The position numbers were made by a program, and so were the translations under genes. From NCBI RefSeq assembly GCF_902652985.1, contig NC_047028.1:14880001-14944000 (forward strand): a stretch of DNA of 64,000 nt. Reading direction: 5' to 3'. Numbering within the stretch: the stretch's first letter is position 1; each line of letters opens with the position of its first letter. This document shows positions 15,001-26,040 of this stretch, piece after piece. Source of the stretch: Pecten maximus (taxonomy: Eukaryota). A model generated the notes under the pieces. That model saw only the letters and a list, made by a program, of their open reading frames with translations, did no database searches and was not told the origin of the DNA.

Positions 15001-15311
15001 GCGCCTTACATTCAGATATCATGATCTTGACTACCAAATTGTGACCTCAAACCTTTTTTTTTATCTGACCTGATGATGTTCATTTTTATACTGAGGCTAT
15101 AATCTCAGATATTGCATATGTACCCACAGGTTGTAACATCGTGATCTAGGATCATGACATCATATAACCTCACCCTTTTGCTGCTAGAGCCTTTGATGCT
15201 GCCGTCCTTAACGTAGACATGGCTTCTCATGGTCGTAGTGCCGATGTCGAGAGAGATTATGTAGGGTATGACATCATCAGCCACTTGCTCCTCCGCTTTA
15301 CTAGGGTTCAT
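33..15311 (-). CDS. GK5: Glycerol kinase 5-like (FGGY carbohydrate kinase), multi-exon, 3' end outside window
   Basis: Coding exons in transcript order: 15311-15174, 14604-14511, 14185-14110, 13086-12993, 12762-12673, 12155-12114, 11423-11286, 10371-10298, 9810-9750, 8825-8699, 8180-8076, 5223-5173, 3890-3847, 3348-3182, 169-33. All GT-AG and phase-compatible. Spliced peptide has FGGY/GK motifs: [125 protein letters not shown]. The [19 protein letters not shown] segment resembles GK5 rather than GK as recalled. Confidence 0.92.
530..3145. repeat. Minisatellite, 23/25-bp unit ATGTTGTAATACCTACCCTAT(AT)AG, ~110 copies, GK5 intron
   Basis: Direct inspection. Degenerate copies extend to ~420. Confidence 0.97.
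3654..3809. mobile_element. Fold-back MITE (family shared with 20491-20687)
   Basis: Imperfect palindrome centred ~3730 (TAGATCACTTATTAT/ATAATAAGTGATTTA; TATGACCCAGAATGAAAA/TTTTCATGCTGGGTCATA). Confidence 0.7.
5308..8104. repeat. Minisatellite, 45/48-bp unit ATAACATACCTATAGACTTGGCCCAATCTATAACAATGAC(ATT)GTGTT, derived from the GK5 exon 8180-8076 3' end plus donor, interrupted by a MITE
   Basis: About 46 full units (5308-7470), the MITE, then short 31-bp variants and the genuine exon end. Confidence 0.97.
7471..7949. mobile_element. Non-autonomous DNA transposon (MITE), 60-bp perfect TIRs, 9-bp TSD (Mutator-like)
   Basis: 7471-7530 is the exact reverse complement of 7890-7949. ACCTACCTA flanks both ends (7462-7470, 7950-7958). 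Neighbouring repeat units show the empty site. Confidence 0.93.
10576..10947. repeat. Minisatellite, 38-bp unit CACAGTTTGACATTCCATACCCATGTTGGTCTGAGGGC, ~10 copies
   Basis: Direct inspection. Confidence 0.95.
10950..11158 (+). mobile_element. CORE-SINE-like fragment with (AAAC)n tail
   Basis: GCTGTGTCCTCGGGCAAGAGACTTTACCC resembles the CORE/MIR domain (GCTGTGTGACCTTGGGCAAGTCACTTAACC). 3' end AATGACCCTTGCTCTTAATGGGACGATAAAC...AAACAAACAAACAA. Confidence 0.65.
11625..12097. repeat. Minisatellite, 48-bp unit CTTAGAAAGATGATTGACAAACCTCTACTCAGAGGCTGAAGTGGACTT
   Basis: About 9 copies starting ~16 nt inside the GK5 donor at 12113. Confidence 0.93.
13375..14134. repeat. Minisatellite, 45-bp unit TTACCTGTCCCAGGTGAGGAATGTAGATATCTGTATACTTTACAC, derived from the GK5 exon 14185-14110 3' end plus donor
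   Basis: About 17 copies. The rightmost unit is the real exon end. Confidence 0.97.
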
Positions 15312-16500
15312 ACTGGCACCAAGGACTTTCTGTGAAGTTAAAATATGTCAAAAACACACATACACATATATAAATATATCAAGATGAGAATCGAATAAAT
15401 TAGCTACTGATACGAGACCTTATAGCAAGGGATACACTGTGTACATAATGAGACAATGTTAAGGGGAATTACTTATGGACATACACATGTATATGTATGC
15501 ATGAATATGTTTATTTTTTTAGATGTTTCAGTCTTTTAATTAATCTGAAAACAACCTAGCTTATGTAGCAGAACTGGACTGAACTGAAATTCTTGGTTAG
15601 AATGTACCTAGAGTATATACATCCATCTAGAGTCTGGAGGTCATTTTCTGGTCATTGCATTTTTCTTTGCCTATACTTAGGCCTAGTTGTCAGAGGAAAA
15701 TTATTCCTGGATCTACAAATAAACTTAATAATTTTATCAAATCAATAAGAAAGATAGCTTTCACTCAGCTTTCATATTATATATTATAATGGCCAACATT
15801 GTTGACTTATCAGTCAGGTTGAGAATAAAAAATGGAATATAGGCTACAGTTGTCAACTTACACTATAAAATCGTGTCCGCTGTGCCTTATCATCCATACG
15901 GTTCACAGATTATTTAGTTCATTTAAGCGGCCAGATGTATGCTGCAGCAAGGCACAAAATCTTGCTGTTGAAGAAAAAGAATATACAGTACAAATGTCAA
16001 GAACTGAATCAGCCGGAAATATAAAACTCAAGTCATAATTACAATTTTCCTGTTTCAGAAAAAGTATTTTTTATGTGTCATTGATAACTTTTAGTGTAAC
16101 ACGAGATCGGTTACAGGATATATATAAGAGGAAATTGAAAGTGTTAGCTTTGATTAGTACAAGTACCCTTGTAATGCCCATAACCATAACATGTGTAACT
16201 TTGTCCAATTAAAAACATGGGACGGCATTATCGGGCATTGAAGACGAAATAACATTTGGCACCACGGGAAAACAGTTAAACAAAACTAAAGCCACAGGGA
16301 GGGGGTAAACCGAAGTGTTCTGATGTTAATATCGCGGTAAAGCTGCATTAGTGCATAGCAATATTGTCAGAAAATACGGATTATGAGGGATGTGGACATT
16401 CAGCGACAATGCATTGTGACTAACGAACATAATACACAAATATCGGTAATTGATTAGTCAAATTTAAGTCGATTTATTCCAGTCTCGTTAACAAACTCAC

Positions 16501-16560
16501 GATTTCTTTTTTCTACACGTCACCATTTGTTTTTAATGGGCCGTCCGCCATTTTGTTCAA
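16501..16560 (-). other. Putative 5' UTR first exon of GK5
   Basis: The ATG exon has an acceptor (cttcacag) upstream of 15329, so an earlier exon is needed. A strong minus-strand donor (ATC|GTGAGT, intron starting 16500) lies just downstream of a CAAAATGGCGG motif. 5' boundary is approximate. Confidence 0.6.
16545..16554 (-). promoter_or_regulatory. YY1-like motif (AAAATGGCGG) near the putative GK5 transcription start
   Basis: CCGCCATTTT on the plus strand. Matches the YY1 consensus common just downstream of housekeeping TSSs. Confidence 0.45.
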
Positions 16561-16767
16561 GTCATGTGACAATATTACCAGAGATATTTTTACATTTAAA
16601 TTTTAGATGTATTTAAATAACATTTACCAGACGTAACAATAAATGCTTCATTTTACTTCAATATACCAATTGATATTTAAAGAAATAATTAAATTCTTAT
16701 TTGTATCAAGCATATTACTATTGTGTATAAAATTTAAATACAAGTTTATTTGCGTCCATATACGTAC

Positions 16768-16839
16768 TCCTCGGTAGTATAGTGGTAAGTATCCCCGCCT
16801 GTCACGCGGGAGACCGGGGTTCAATTCCCCGCCGGGGAG
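16768..16839 (+). tRNA. tRNA-Asp (GTC)
   Basis: 72 nt TCCTCGGTAGTATAGTGGTAAGTATCCCCGCCTGTCACGCGGGAGACCGGGGTTCAATTCCCCGCCGGGGAG. Acceptor stem TCCTCGG/CCGGGGA, anticodon loop CTGTCAC, A and B boxes, downstream T-run. Confidence 0.97.
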
Positions 16840-16840
16840 A

Positions 16841-16848
16841 TTTTTTTT
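16841..16848 (+). terminator. RNA Pol III terminator (T8)
   Basis: Run of 8 T one base after the tRNA 3' end. Confidence 0.85.
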
Positions 16849-17215
16849 GTATATAATTTTTTTTCTAAATTATTTTTGTTTAATTCATAATTATATATTT
16901 TCGAAATAAGATTTTCAGTTTATTTACCAGGCTCTTAATAAACAGCAATAATGCACCAGTGGCGGTAAATGCAGTCTAGTGGAAGAAGATATCCAGCTCA
17001 CATTATATATTATCGTTATATATTCGAGAGATCGTGTGATGTGAATCGTGGCTATACAAAATGCAAATGTTAATATTTGCGTTATTTGATAAAAAAAAAA
17101 GTAAAGTATAGAGATACTTTTGCTGATCAAACACTCGCTTAATTCTAGCAACATGTTTAGATACTTTCCATTATGTATTGAAAAATAGAAACGTCAGCTT
17201 AAAAAACTAAAACAT

Positions 17216-18645
17216 CCAGAGTCACACAAAGACGATATACAGGGAGACACCAACAGTCAGAGTCACACAAAGACGATATACAGGGAGACACCATCAGTCA
17301 GAGTATCACAAAGACGATATACAGGGGACACAATCAGTCAGAGTCACACAAAGACGATATACACGGAGACAGCATCAGTCAGAGTCACACAAAGACGATA
17401 TACAGGGAGACACCAACAGTCAGAGTCACACAAAGACGATATACAGGGAGACACAATCAGTCAGTCACACAAAGACGATATACAGGGGGACACCAACAGT
17501 CAGAGTCATACAAAGCAATATACAGGGAGACACAACAGTCAGAGTCACACAAAGACGGATATACAGGGAGACACAATCAGTCAGAGTCACACAAACACGA
17601 TATACAGGGAGACACCAACAGTCAGAGTCACACAAAGACGATATACAGGGGGACACCAACAGTCAGTCACACAAAGACGATATACAGGGGGACACCAACA
17701 GTCAGAGTCACACAAAGACGATATACAGGGGGACACCAACAGTCAGAGTCACACAAAGACGATATATAGGGAGACACCATCAGTCAGAGTCACACAAAGA
17801 CGATATACAGGAGACACAATCAGTCAGAGTCACAAAGACGATATACAGGGAGACACCATCAGTCAGAGTCACACAAAGACGATATACAGGGAGACACAAT
17901 CAGTCAGAGTCACACAAAGACGATATACAGGGAGACACCAACAGTCAGAATCACACAAAGACGATATACAGGGAGACACCAACAGTCAGAGTCACACAAA
18001 GACGATATACAGGGAGACACCAACAGTCAGAGTCACACAAAGACGATATACAGGGAGACACCAACAGTCAGAGTCATACAAACACGATATACAGGGAGAC
18101 ACAATCAGTCAGAGTCACACAAAGACGACATACAGGGAGAAACAGTCAGAGTCACACAAAGACGATAAACAGGGAGACACCAACAGTCAGAGTCACACAA
18201 AGACGATATACAGGGAGACACAATCAGTCAGAGTCACACAAAGACGATATACAGGGAGACACAATCAGTCAGAGTCACACAAAGACGACATACAGGGAGA
18301 AACAGTCAGAGTCACACAAAAACGATATACAGGGAGACACCAGCAGTCAGAGTCACACAAAGACGATATACAGGGAGACACAATCAGTCAGAGTCACACA
18401 AAGACGATATGCAGGGAGACACCAACAGTCAGAGTCACACAAAGACGACACACAAAGACGATATACAGGGAGACACCAACAGTCAGAGTCACACAAAGAC
18501 GATATGCAGGGAGACACCAACAGTCAGAGTCACACAAAGACGACACACAAAGACGATATACAGGGAGACACCAACAGTCAGAGTCACACAAAGACGATAT
18601 GCAGGGAGACACCAACAGTCAGAGTCACACAAAGACGACACACGA
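17216..18645. repeat. Minisatellite, 41-bp unit CAGAGTCACACAAAGACGATATACAGGGAGACACCAACAGT
   Basis: About 35 copies. Confidence 0.97.
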
Positions 18646-19364
18646 AGACTAGTTACACGAAGACAACGTAAAGATCAAAACCTACAGTTATCTCCACTTA
18701 CAGCGGAGACGAATTTCTGAGTAGGCCTAGGCTTCTCAAAGTTTCCAGTGTTAAAATGAACACGGATGAGTGTTGTCGGTGATTTATATCTTTACTCATA
18801 AACGATTGTGTAACATAGCCTGGAATTTTACAACTACTAGCATTTAATTGGTGTTTTTTATGTTTAATCTTAGTATATATTTATTTTATCAAGGGGGGTA
18901 ACTCGTATGGTCTTATCTGATAAATACGTTGCCTACTGTATAAGTTGGGCACCCTGAGAAAAATTCTGATTTTGATGTTTAACATACAAGATAATATATC
19001 GGGTCGTCTGTGTACCGGTAAAACCCCTCTACGTAATTTCTGACTGTAGGTCCGTTCAGTACGTTTCCTGTACCAAGGCCTCCTTCGCTGTTCACCATTG
19101 TTTACACAATAGCCTGACGTACGGCCTGAAGGAGTATCTTTATCTAAGACTACAGATTTAGGCGTTTTAGTGGAAAAGGATTGCTGATGTATGCATACCA
19201 GGCCATCGTCCTACTATCCGGACGTAAAACAAGATATAGTAAAAATTGGATAAAACACAGGTAAAATGTGGTCTCGTGATTTGTGTGTAGACATTTATTA
19301 CACACATTTATATATCACAACTATATTATGATTTTATTGTACATTTTGTTCGTATAATTATATA

Positions 19365-19453
19365 AAACAGACTCTCTACAATCCGAATCTCTCTACAAAC
19401 CGGCCAAATTATATAGTCCCAATGGAGTCCGGTTTAGACAGAGTCCACTCTAC
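19365..19453. mobile_element. Degenerate short TIR element (pogo/Tc1-type MITE-like)
   Basis: ACTCTCTACAA...AAACCGG and CCGGTTTAGACAGAGT form imperfect inverted ends. Confidence 0.35.
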
Positions 19454-20490
19454 ATACATTCAATTCATTATTATGTATTCTTGAATCTTACAATCAGGGC
19501 GGAATCCTATCAATTTATATATATCTATATATACGTTGGATGATATGTAACAAAGTTGATGATCACGTGGTTTGTTTTGTTAATAGCTATTGTAATATAT
19601 GAGGTGATTTGCAGCACTTAATCAATATTATAACAGTACCACAGTGTATCGTGTGAAACACGTAAACTGCCATTCCCTTAAAAACATGACTATACATTAC
19701 AAAATCTTATCCCGTAGTTGAAATCCGTGCTATATACAACACAGACGCCATTAACAAATTTAACGGTACTCAGGGGAATATTTCTAATCATGACCGAGTA
19801 TGGAATGGTTCCACAATTAAAGAAGCTGTGTATCCGTTATCTTTTGGTCTAGATGAATCAATATTTAACACAAATTCATTAGCATGACATACACCACGTT
19901 CCATATTCGTTAAGATGATAGCTCACGTATAGCTGTGAGTTATGGTTTACAATGTAGATCTAAACATTTACCAATAAACTTAGATTGGCGATAAGGTGTG
20001 GCTGACAATACTATACGAGACCCACACACACCATACACCACAGGTGAAATTCCTGTAGTTACCTGATGTATACATGTACACGTATACCTGTAGAAAGTTT
20101 CATACGGAAATGTTAATTAGTAAGATGTTACCTGATACAGTGTGTGTATACACTGTCTATACACGATATGTGTCAACTTGTACACCGTAATAAAGCGGTC
20201 GGGGACTGTTTTAACTTTATTTATTATTCATTTATAATTATTTTTATTTAACGCCAAGCAATGACGTTGAAGTTATAAATCTGTAAGGGGTTTGTGTTCT
20301 TCAAGAGCACGTTCTAATATACCACATAATCCACATAATTGTCCTGCAATAAAATGAACAGTTCTACTTTAAAAGCCGTGAATGGAATGTGTGGGAAAGT
20401 TGAACGTGTTCATACAGGTGTTACATGTACAGTGGGGCCATGGTACCTCGGGAATAACAAGTAACTATATCATAGTTTGTAGGGTATTTT

Positions 20491-20687
20491 CACAGGGACT
20501 TTACACTTTCCTATTACCGAAAATGAAAAATTGACCTCACTTATTATTGACTTATTAGGAATCGGACCCTGGGAACAACACTAAGTGATCTAACACAAAG
20601 ATCTGTGGTAAATAATAAGTGATCTAGGGATCGCATCTTGAGGTAGTTCTTTCATTCTTGGTCATAGGAACATGTCAAGTCCCTGTG
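20491..20687. mobile_element. MITE with CACAGGGACTT...AAGTCCCTGTG termini
   Basis: 11-bp perfect plus longer imperfect TIR. Internal TCACTTATTATT/AATAATAAGTGA shared with 3654-3809. Confidence 0.75.
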
Positions 20688-21028
20688 GTATAACAAGATT
20701 TCTCTATCACTTTACAGTATTTATTGTTATGTCTTGTTGGTCTTTGAACAACCCGGAACATGTAGTTAACGACATTATCAATACAGTCTGTACAGACAGG
20801 ACGACAGTTTATTTGTGTAATAGGGAAACTTTGTAGATTAAAATATGTCTGTGGTTATTCCGAAAATCGTTAAACTATTGAATGATAAAAAACAATACAC
20901 TTACTTCCCTCAAGCCAGAGACTTGTATACCTGATTTATACCTCATATGATATAGAACACAGTCAAGCGACAAACTGGGCAACACATCACTAGGTAGCGC
21001 AAGTTATACACAGAAAAGGTAAAGTTGT

Positions 21029-21029
<1 letters not shown>

Positions 21030-21062
<33 letters not shown>
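21030..21062. repeat. Poly-G tract (33 nt)
   Basis: Direct inspection. A second G20 tract lies at ~52344-52363. Confidence 0.9.
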
Positions 21063-24000
21063 CGATGGGCGACCTTTCAGGTGGAGTGTAAATGTCCTGA
21101 AATAAACCACACCAAATCTAATTAAAATCAAGATGGTCATTCTCACTACGTGTTCATGTAACGTAGTGAGAGAGACTATCTTGATGTTAATTATATTGAA
21201 ACCACACCCTCCTGATTATAAAGTATTTTAGTCTGTAAATCAATATATATGTATTTGAAAAAAAAAAATAGAATCAACACCATAACAGTGTTGGAGTAGC
21301 CTTATAATCAAATTCCACTTTTATTAAATGGGACTATGTTATTAGTGGGCAGAGACCTACATATACAAATGTATGTATATGTGTTTACTGTGAAGACTCA
21401 GGTAGTAGACTCAGAGCTCACATGCCCCAGTTTTTATCTATCTAAACAGGCAGTGTTTCCTGTCAAACCCCCTGTGGATTAGGGCTTGTTTTAATTTGAC
21501 TTTAAACACAGGCTGTCCTTTTTAAAATCCTTTATCTCCAAAAATCTAAGGACTCATTCTCTAGTCGTTAAGACAAGGTCGAATATCATTTCACTGTCCC
21601 TTTAAAGCTGACACTCCAGCGTGTCACGTACCAGTGGTTCTGTTTACCTGTAACCTGGACAGAATACAAACAGTCAGGTGTGTTATACAGGTAGGCATGG
21701 CCAAGGAGTCACACAGGTGTAGTAATATTAGCTGCGAACAATTACATACTAATGAAAATAGTTCCGTGGGGACGGAGGACTACTTGTGACACATGCATTG
21801 TAATGGCGGTTGCTAGGGACTCGTTCAGTGATACGCAAGCTCTATAATAAGAGTGACTATTAAAATAAGTAATGACCTCACCTCGGGTACTAAGCTTTGA
21901 TATCTTATCGTATGCTACAAACAATTTAAATCGTTTCTATTTTAGTAACTATTAAACAATACCAACTGGTAATCCGGTTCAAACTAAATCTCTCACTCAT
22001 TATCTACAGAAAATTAGGACTATTTGTACATATAATCTCTCAACACTCTAATTAGAAAATCTGACTGACACTCACTAGGCTTGGGAAACTTATTATCGAT
22101 CGAGCATTTATAGACAGTGAGGCCAACGACTACAATACACCATTGTATACGTATATTGTACATGTAGGTAGATTGTATATAAGGGGCGAACCTTGACTCT
22201 GTAATTAAATCTACAGTATACGTTGTCAAATAAGTAAACGTTGTCTTTTTTCTTAATATTTTAAGAAACATTTTACAGAATATATGGTCTATCATCACGG
22301 ACCTATATCAAAGTCTATTATCAAACTTAAACGCATTTCTTACTAGAAAACAATAAAAGGATTAGAAATGAACTATGTTGTAATTAGAGGATAATCTCAC
22401 CACATATTTACAAATAAGGAAAACTACCGACACACGAATCCATACTGTTAAATAATGATTTACTGTGAAGAATCATAAATCACAGAGAAAAAAAAATAGT
22501 TGTATGAAGCCAAAAGGGTATACGATTTCTGAAACGGACACGTACACAATGCCTACACGGAATGCCAAGCAAAATATATAATATACATACCATGTACATT
22601 AAACACTGGTACAGCAGTGGCTAACCATACATACAATGTACATAAATCTTGTTTATATCTTTCACAATACAATTAGTTAAGGGATTATCAACTTCGCAAC
22701 TTTTGAATTTAGTATTTGTATATTGTTTTTGAGCATTTCCATGGTGAAAGTTATAACTATATCAGAGAGATGAAGGTTAAAACACATGTTAGTATTTATT
22801 AATTCATATTCCTTACGAATGATTTTACTATAATACATTTGTATATTCAACACATGTACATGCAGTTGCTTAGGAACCACGATACCAGCACGCCATTTCA
22901 TGTATTTAAGTGCCCTTTCCTAATCGACATGTATCTCTATAAAAAATAGAACCACGAAGCCTTATTTAAAATGGTACTACATTTACATATAAATGCTAAC
23001 TTATAGAGCAACAAAGCCTATATGTAAACGGCTAATTACACTGTACTGGGTACTCATAGGCTGTATAAATGTACATGTACCCGCCACAACTCTAAAGCAT
23101 ACGTGTATGTGTACAAGGTATTTATAGAGGTGACGGTGGCAGTATTTGCGATCTATGCCAAACTGTCAATCCCAAAGGAACGATGTCGATGGCGCTCGTC
23201 TGAATGAGCCGATGAATCGTCGTCGTTGGTGTATTGTCGCCTTTGTCATTGGTGGTATCATCTAATCTTATCAGAAAACAGCCATCGCTCTGGCTTTGTA
23301 ATTAGACGAGTTCGGGGTGACGCGTACAAACAATTACGGTTAATTTTATTAGACCCCCATTGTTAATAAGTGTAATTTGTACTTCAATTAACAATAACGA
23401 AATCCTCTTCAATTGTCATTAATATAAGATATCTTGAGTACCAGGTGTTTGCAGACACTGGTCAGACCATGTAAAATCGTCCCCTGGTGAAGCCTACCAA
23501 TAGTTGGCAGCCCGGAATCAAACGACACCCTCAGGAATCAAACGACCTCAGGAATCAAACGACACCCTCAGGAATCAAACCAATATGCTGTGATTTCAAT
23601 GAGATTGATCAGTTGTTCGATAAGATTTCAATGATCCACCACAACAACTAATCAATCACGGAGAAGGTACGACGGGCTGACACATAAACAGGACTGCTAT
23701 ATTACATATGTAGAGTTATTGTATTGGTGAGAGGGAAATAGCACTTTTATTGTTCAACTAACAATTTCCCGAGTCAAGCCAAGTTTTCGAAAGCGTTTTC
23801 GGACTTATCGTAATACAAGGGATGTATAGACATCCAAAGGAATACAACAAATGCATTGTCCAATCAGAATGAACGAGGGAAAAAACGCGAAAATACGAAT
23901 GCGCTCATTCCGGGTAAATAGCACCTTTGACTATTACCCAGTTAATAGTTTTTTGGAGGATGTGGTTCAAATAGCATTTCTATTGTCTACTTTTTATATC

Positions 24001-24164
24001 GTGTAAAATAAGGAAAGGTATAATAAAGTACTATACTGGACATTTACTGACAACTGTCTCACTCACTGCTAATACCCCATCAAACACCCTATTTATCACC
24101 TCCTCTCAGGAGCAATTGTTAATATATATATATACATATATCACTGTATATAATGTCTGTGTTG

Positions 24165-24432
24165 TGATATATATGGTGTGTGTGTTGTGGTATTGTATAT
24201 GGAGTGTGATGTGGTATTGTATATGGTGTGTCTGTTTGTGGTATTGTATACGATGTGTGTGTTGTGGTATTGTATATGGTGTGTGTGTTGTGGTATTATA
24301 TATGGTGTGTGTGTTGTGGTATTGTATATGGTGTGTGTGTTGTGGTATTGTATATGGAGTGTGATGTGGTATTGTATATGGTGTGTGTGTTGTGGTATTG
24401 TATATGGTGTGTGTGTTGTTGTATTGTATATG
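24165..24432. repeat. Minisatellite, ~26-bp unit GTGTGTGTGTTGTGGTATTGTATATG
   Basis: About 10 copies. Confidence 0.93.
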
Positions 24433-24687
24433 CTATGAACTATTTCTAAGACTTGTGGTTTTGCCTCCTGCCTGCTGTGCGTGATGCACTATAGACAATG
24501 CTTGATGCAAAATGGAGATTATCGATTCTTGCTGCCAAATGAGAACTGCCATTACTTGTTGACTTTATGGCGTTGTACTATTGTTATTGCTTTGGGCGGT
24601 CATTCTATTGTTATAGAGCAGTAGATACAGAAGTAGTTTCGCCGCTGATCACGACACGGAACCAACATAATACAATTTCATCTCCAA

Positions 24688-25650
24688 CCGCATATAAACA
24701 ACACAATCAATAAGGGACGAAACTGTATATAAGCAACACAATCAATAAGGGACGAAACTGTATATAAACAACACAGTCAATAAGGGATGAAACTGTATAT
24801 AAACAACACAATCATTCAGGGACGGAACTGCATATAAACAACACAATCATTAAGGGACGAAACTGTATATAAACAACACAATCAATAAGGGACGAAACTG
24901 TATATAAACAACACAATCAATAAGGGACGAAACTGTATATAAACAACACAATCATTAAGGGATGAAACTGTATATAAACAACACAGTCAATAAGGGATGA
25001 AACTGTATATAAACAACGCCATTATTAAGGGATGAAACTGTATATAAACAACACAATCAATAAGGGATGAAACTGTATATAAACAACACAATCAATAAGG
25101 GACGAAACGGTATATAAACAACACAATCAATAAGGGATGAAACTGTATATAAACAACACAGTCAATAAGGGACGAAACTGTATATAAACAACACAGTCAA
25201 TAAGGGATGAAACTGTATATAAACAACACAATCATTCAGGGACGGAACTGCATATAAACAACACAATCATTAAGGGACGAAACTGTATATAAACAACACA
25301 ATCAATAAGGGACGAAACTGTATATAAACAACACAATCAATAAGGGACGAAACTGTATATAAACAACACAATCATTAAGGGATGAAACTGTATATAAACA
25401 ACACAGTCAATAAGGGATGAAACTGTATATAAACAACGCCATTATTAAGGGATGAAACTGTATATAAACAACACAATCAATAAGGGATGAAACTGTATAT
25501 AAACAACACAATCAATAAGGGACGAAACGGTATATAAACAACACAATCAATAAGGGATGAAACTGTATATAAACAACACAGTCAATAAGATACGAAAGTG
25601 TATATAAACAACGCCATTAATTAGGGACAAAACTGTATAAACAACACCTT
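24688..25650. repeat. Minisatellite, 35-bp unit AACTGTATATAAACAACACAATCAATAAGGGACGA with a 420-bp higher-order duplication
   Basis: 24781-~25170 is repeated at 25201-~25590 with identical variant order. Confidence 0.95.
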
Positions 25651-26040
25651 AACATGGTACGAACTTCAAAAAACCTTAACAATGCACAAATTTGTAAACA
25701 ACACATAAACAAGGTACGAATTAGTAAACAACACCCAAACAATTGACAAACTAGTCAACAACACCTTAACAATGGACAAATTAGTAAACAACACCTAAAT
25801 AATGGACAAATTAGTATACAACACCTAGACAATAGACGACCTAGTAAACAACACCTAGACAATAGACGACCTAGTAAACAACACCTAGACAATAGACAAA
25901 TTAGTAAACAACACCTAGACAATAGACGACCTAGTAAACAACACCTAAACAATGGACAAATTAGTAAACAACACCTAGACAATAGACGACCTAGTAAACA
26001 ACACCTGAACAATGGACAAATTAGTAAACAACAGCTAAAC
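25650..26040. repeat. Minisatellite, 30-bp unit AATAGACGACCTAGTAAACAACACCTAGAC
   Basis: Contiguous with the 35-bp array and shares the TAAACAACAC core. Confidence 0.9.

Noticed and set aside
20491-20497. CACAGGG terminus resembling the RSS heptamer/Transib end
   Set aside because: Mismatch to CACAGTG, no nonamer at 12/23 spacing, no 5-bp TSD.
20908-20936. Minus-strand 27-nt micro-exon-like stretch (CAG...GTAAGT)
   Set aside because: Weak acceptor and no partner exons identifiable.
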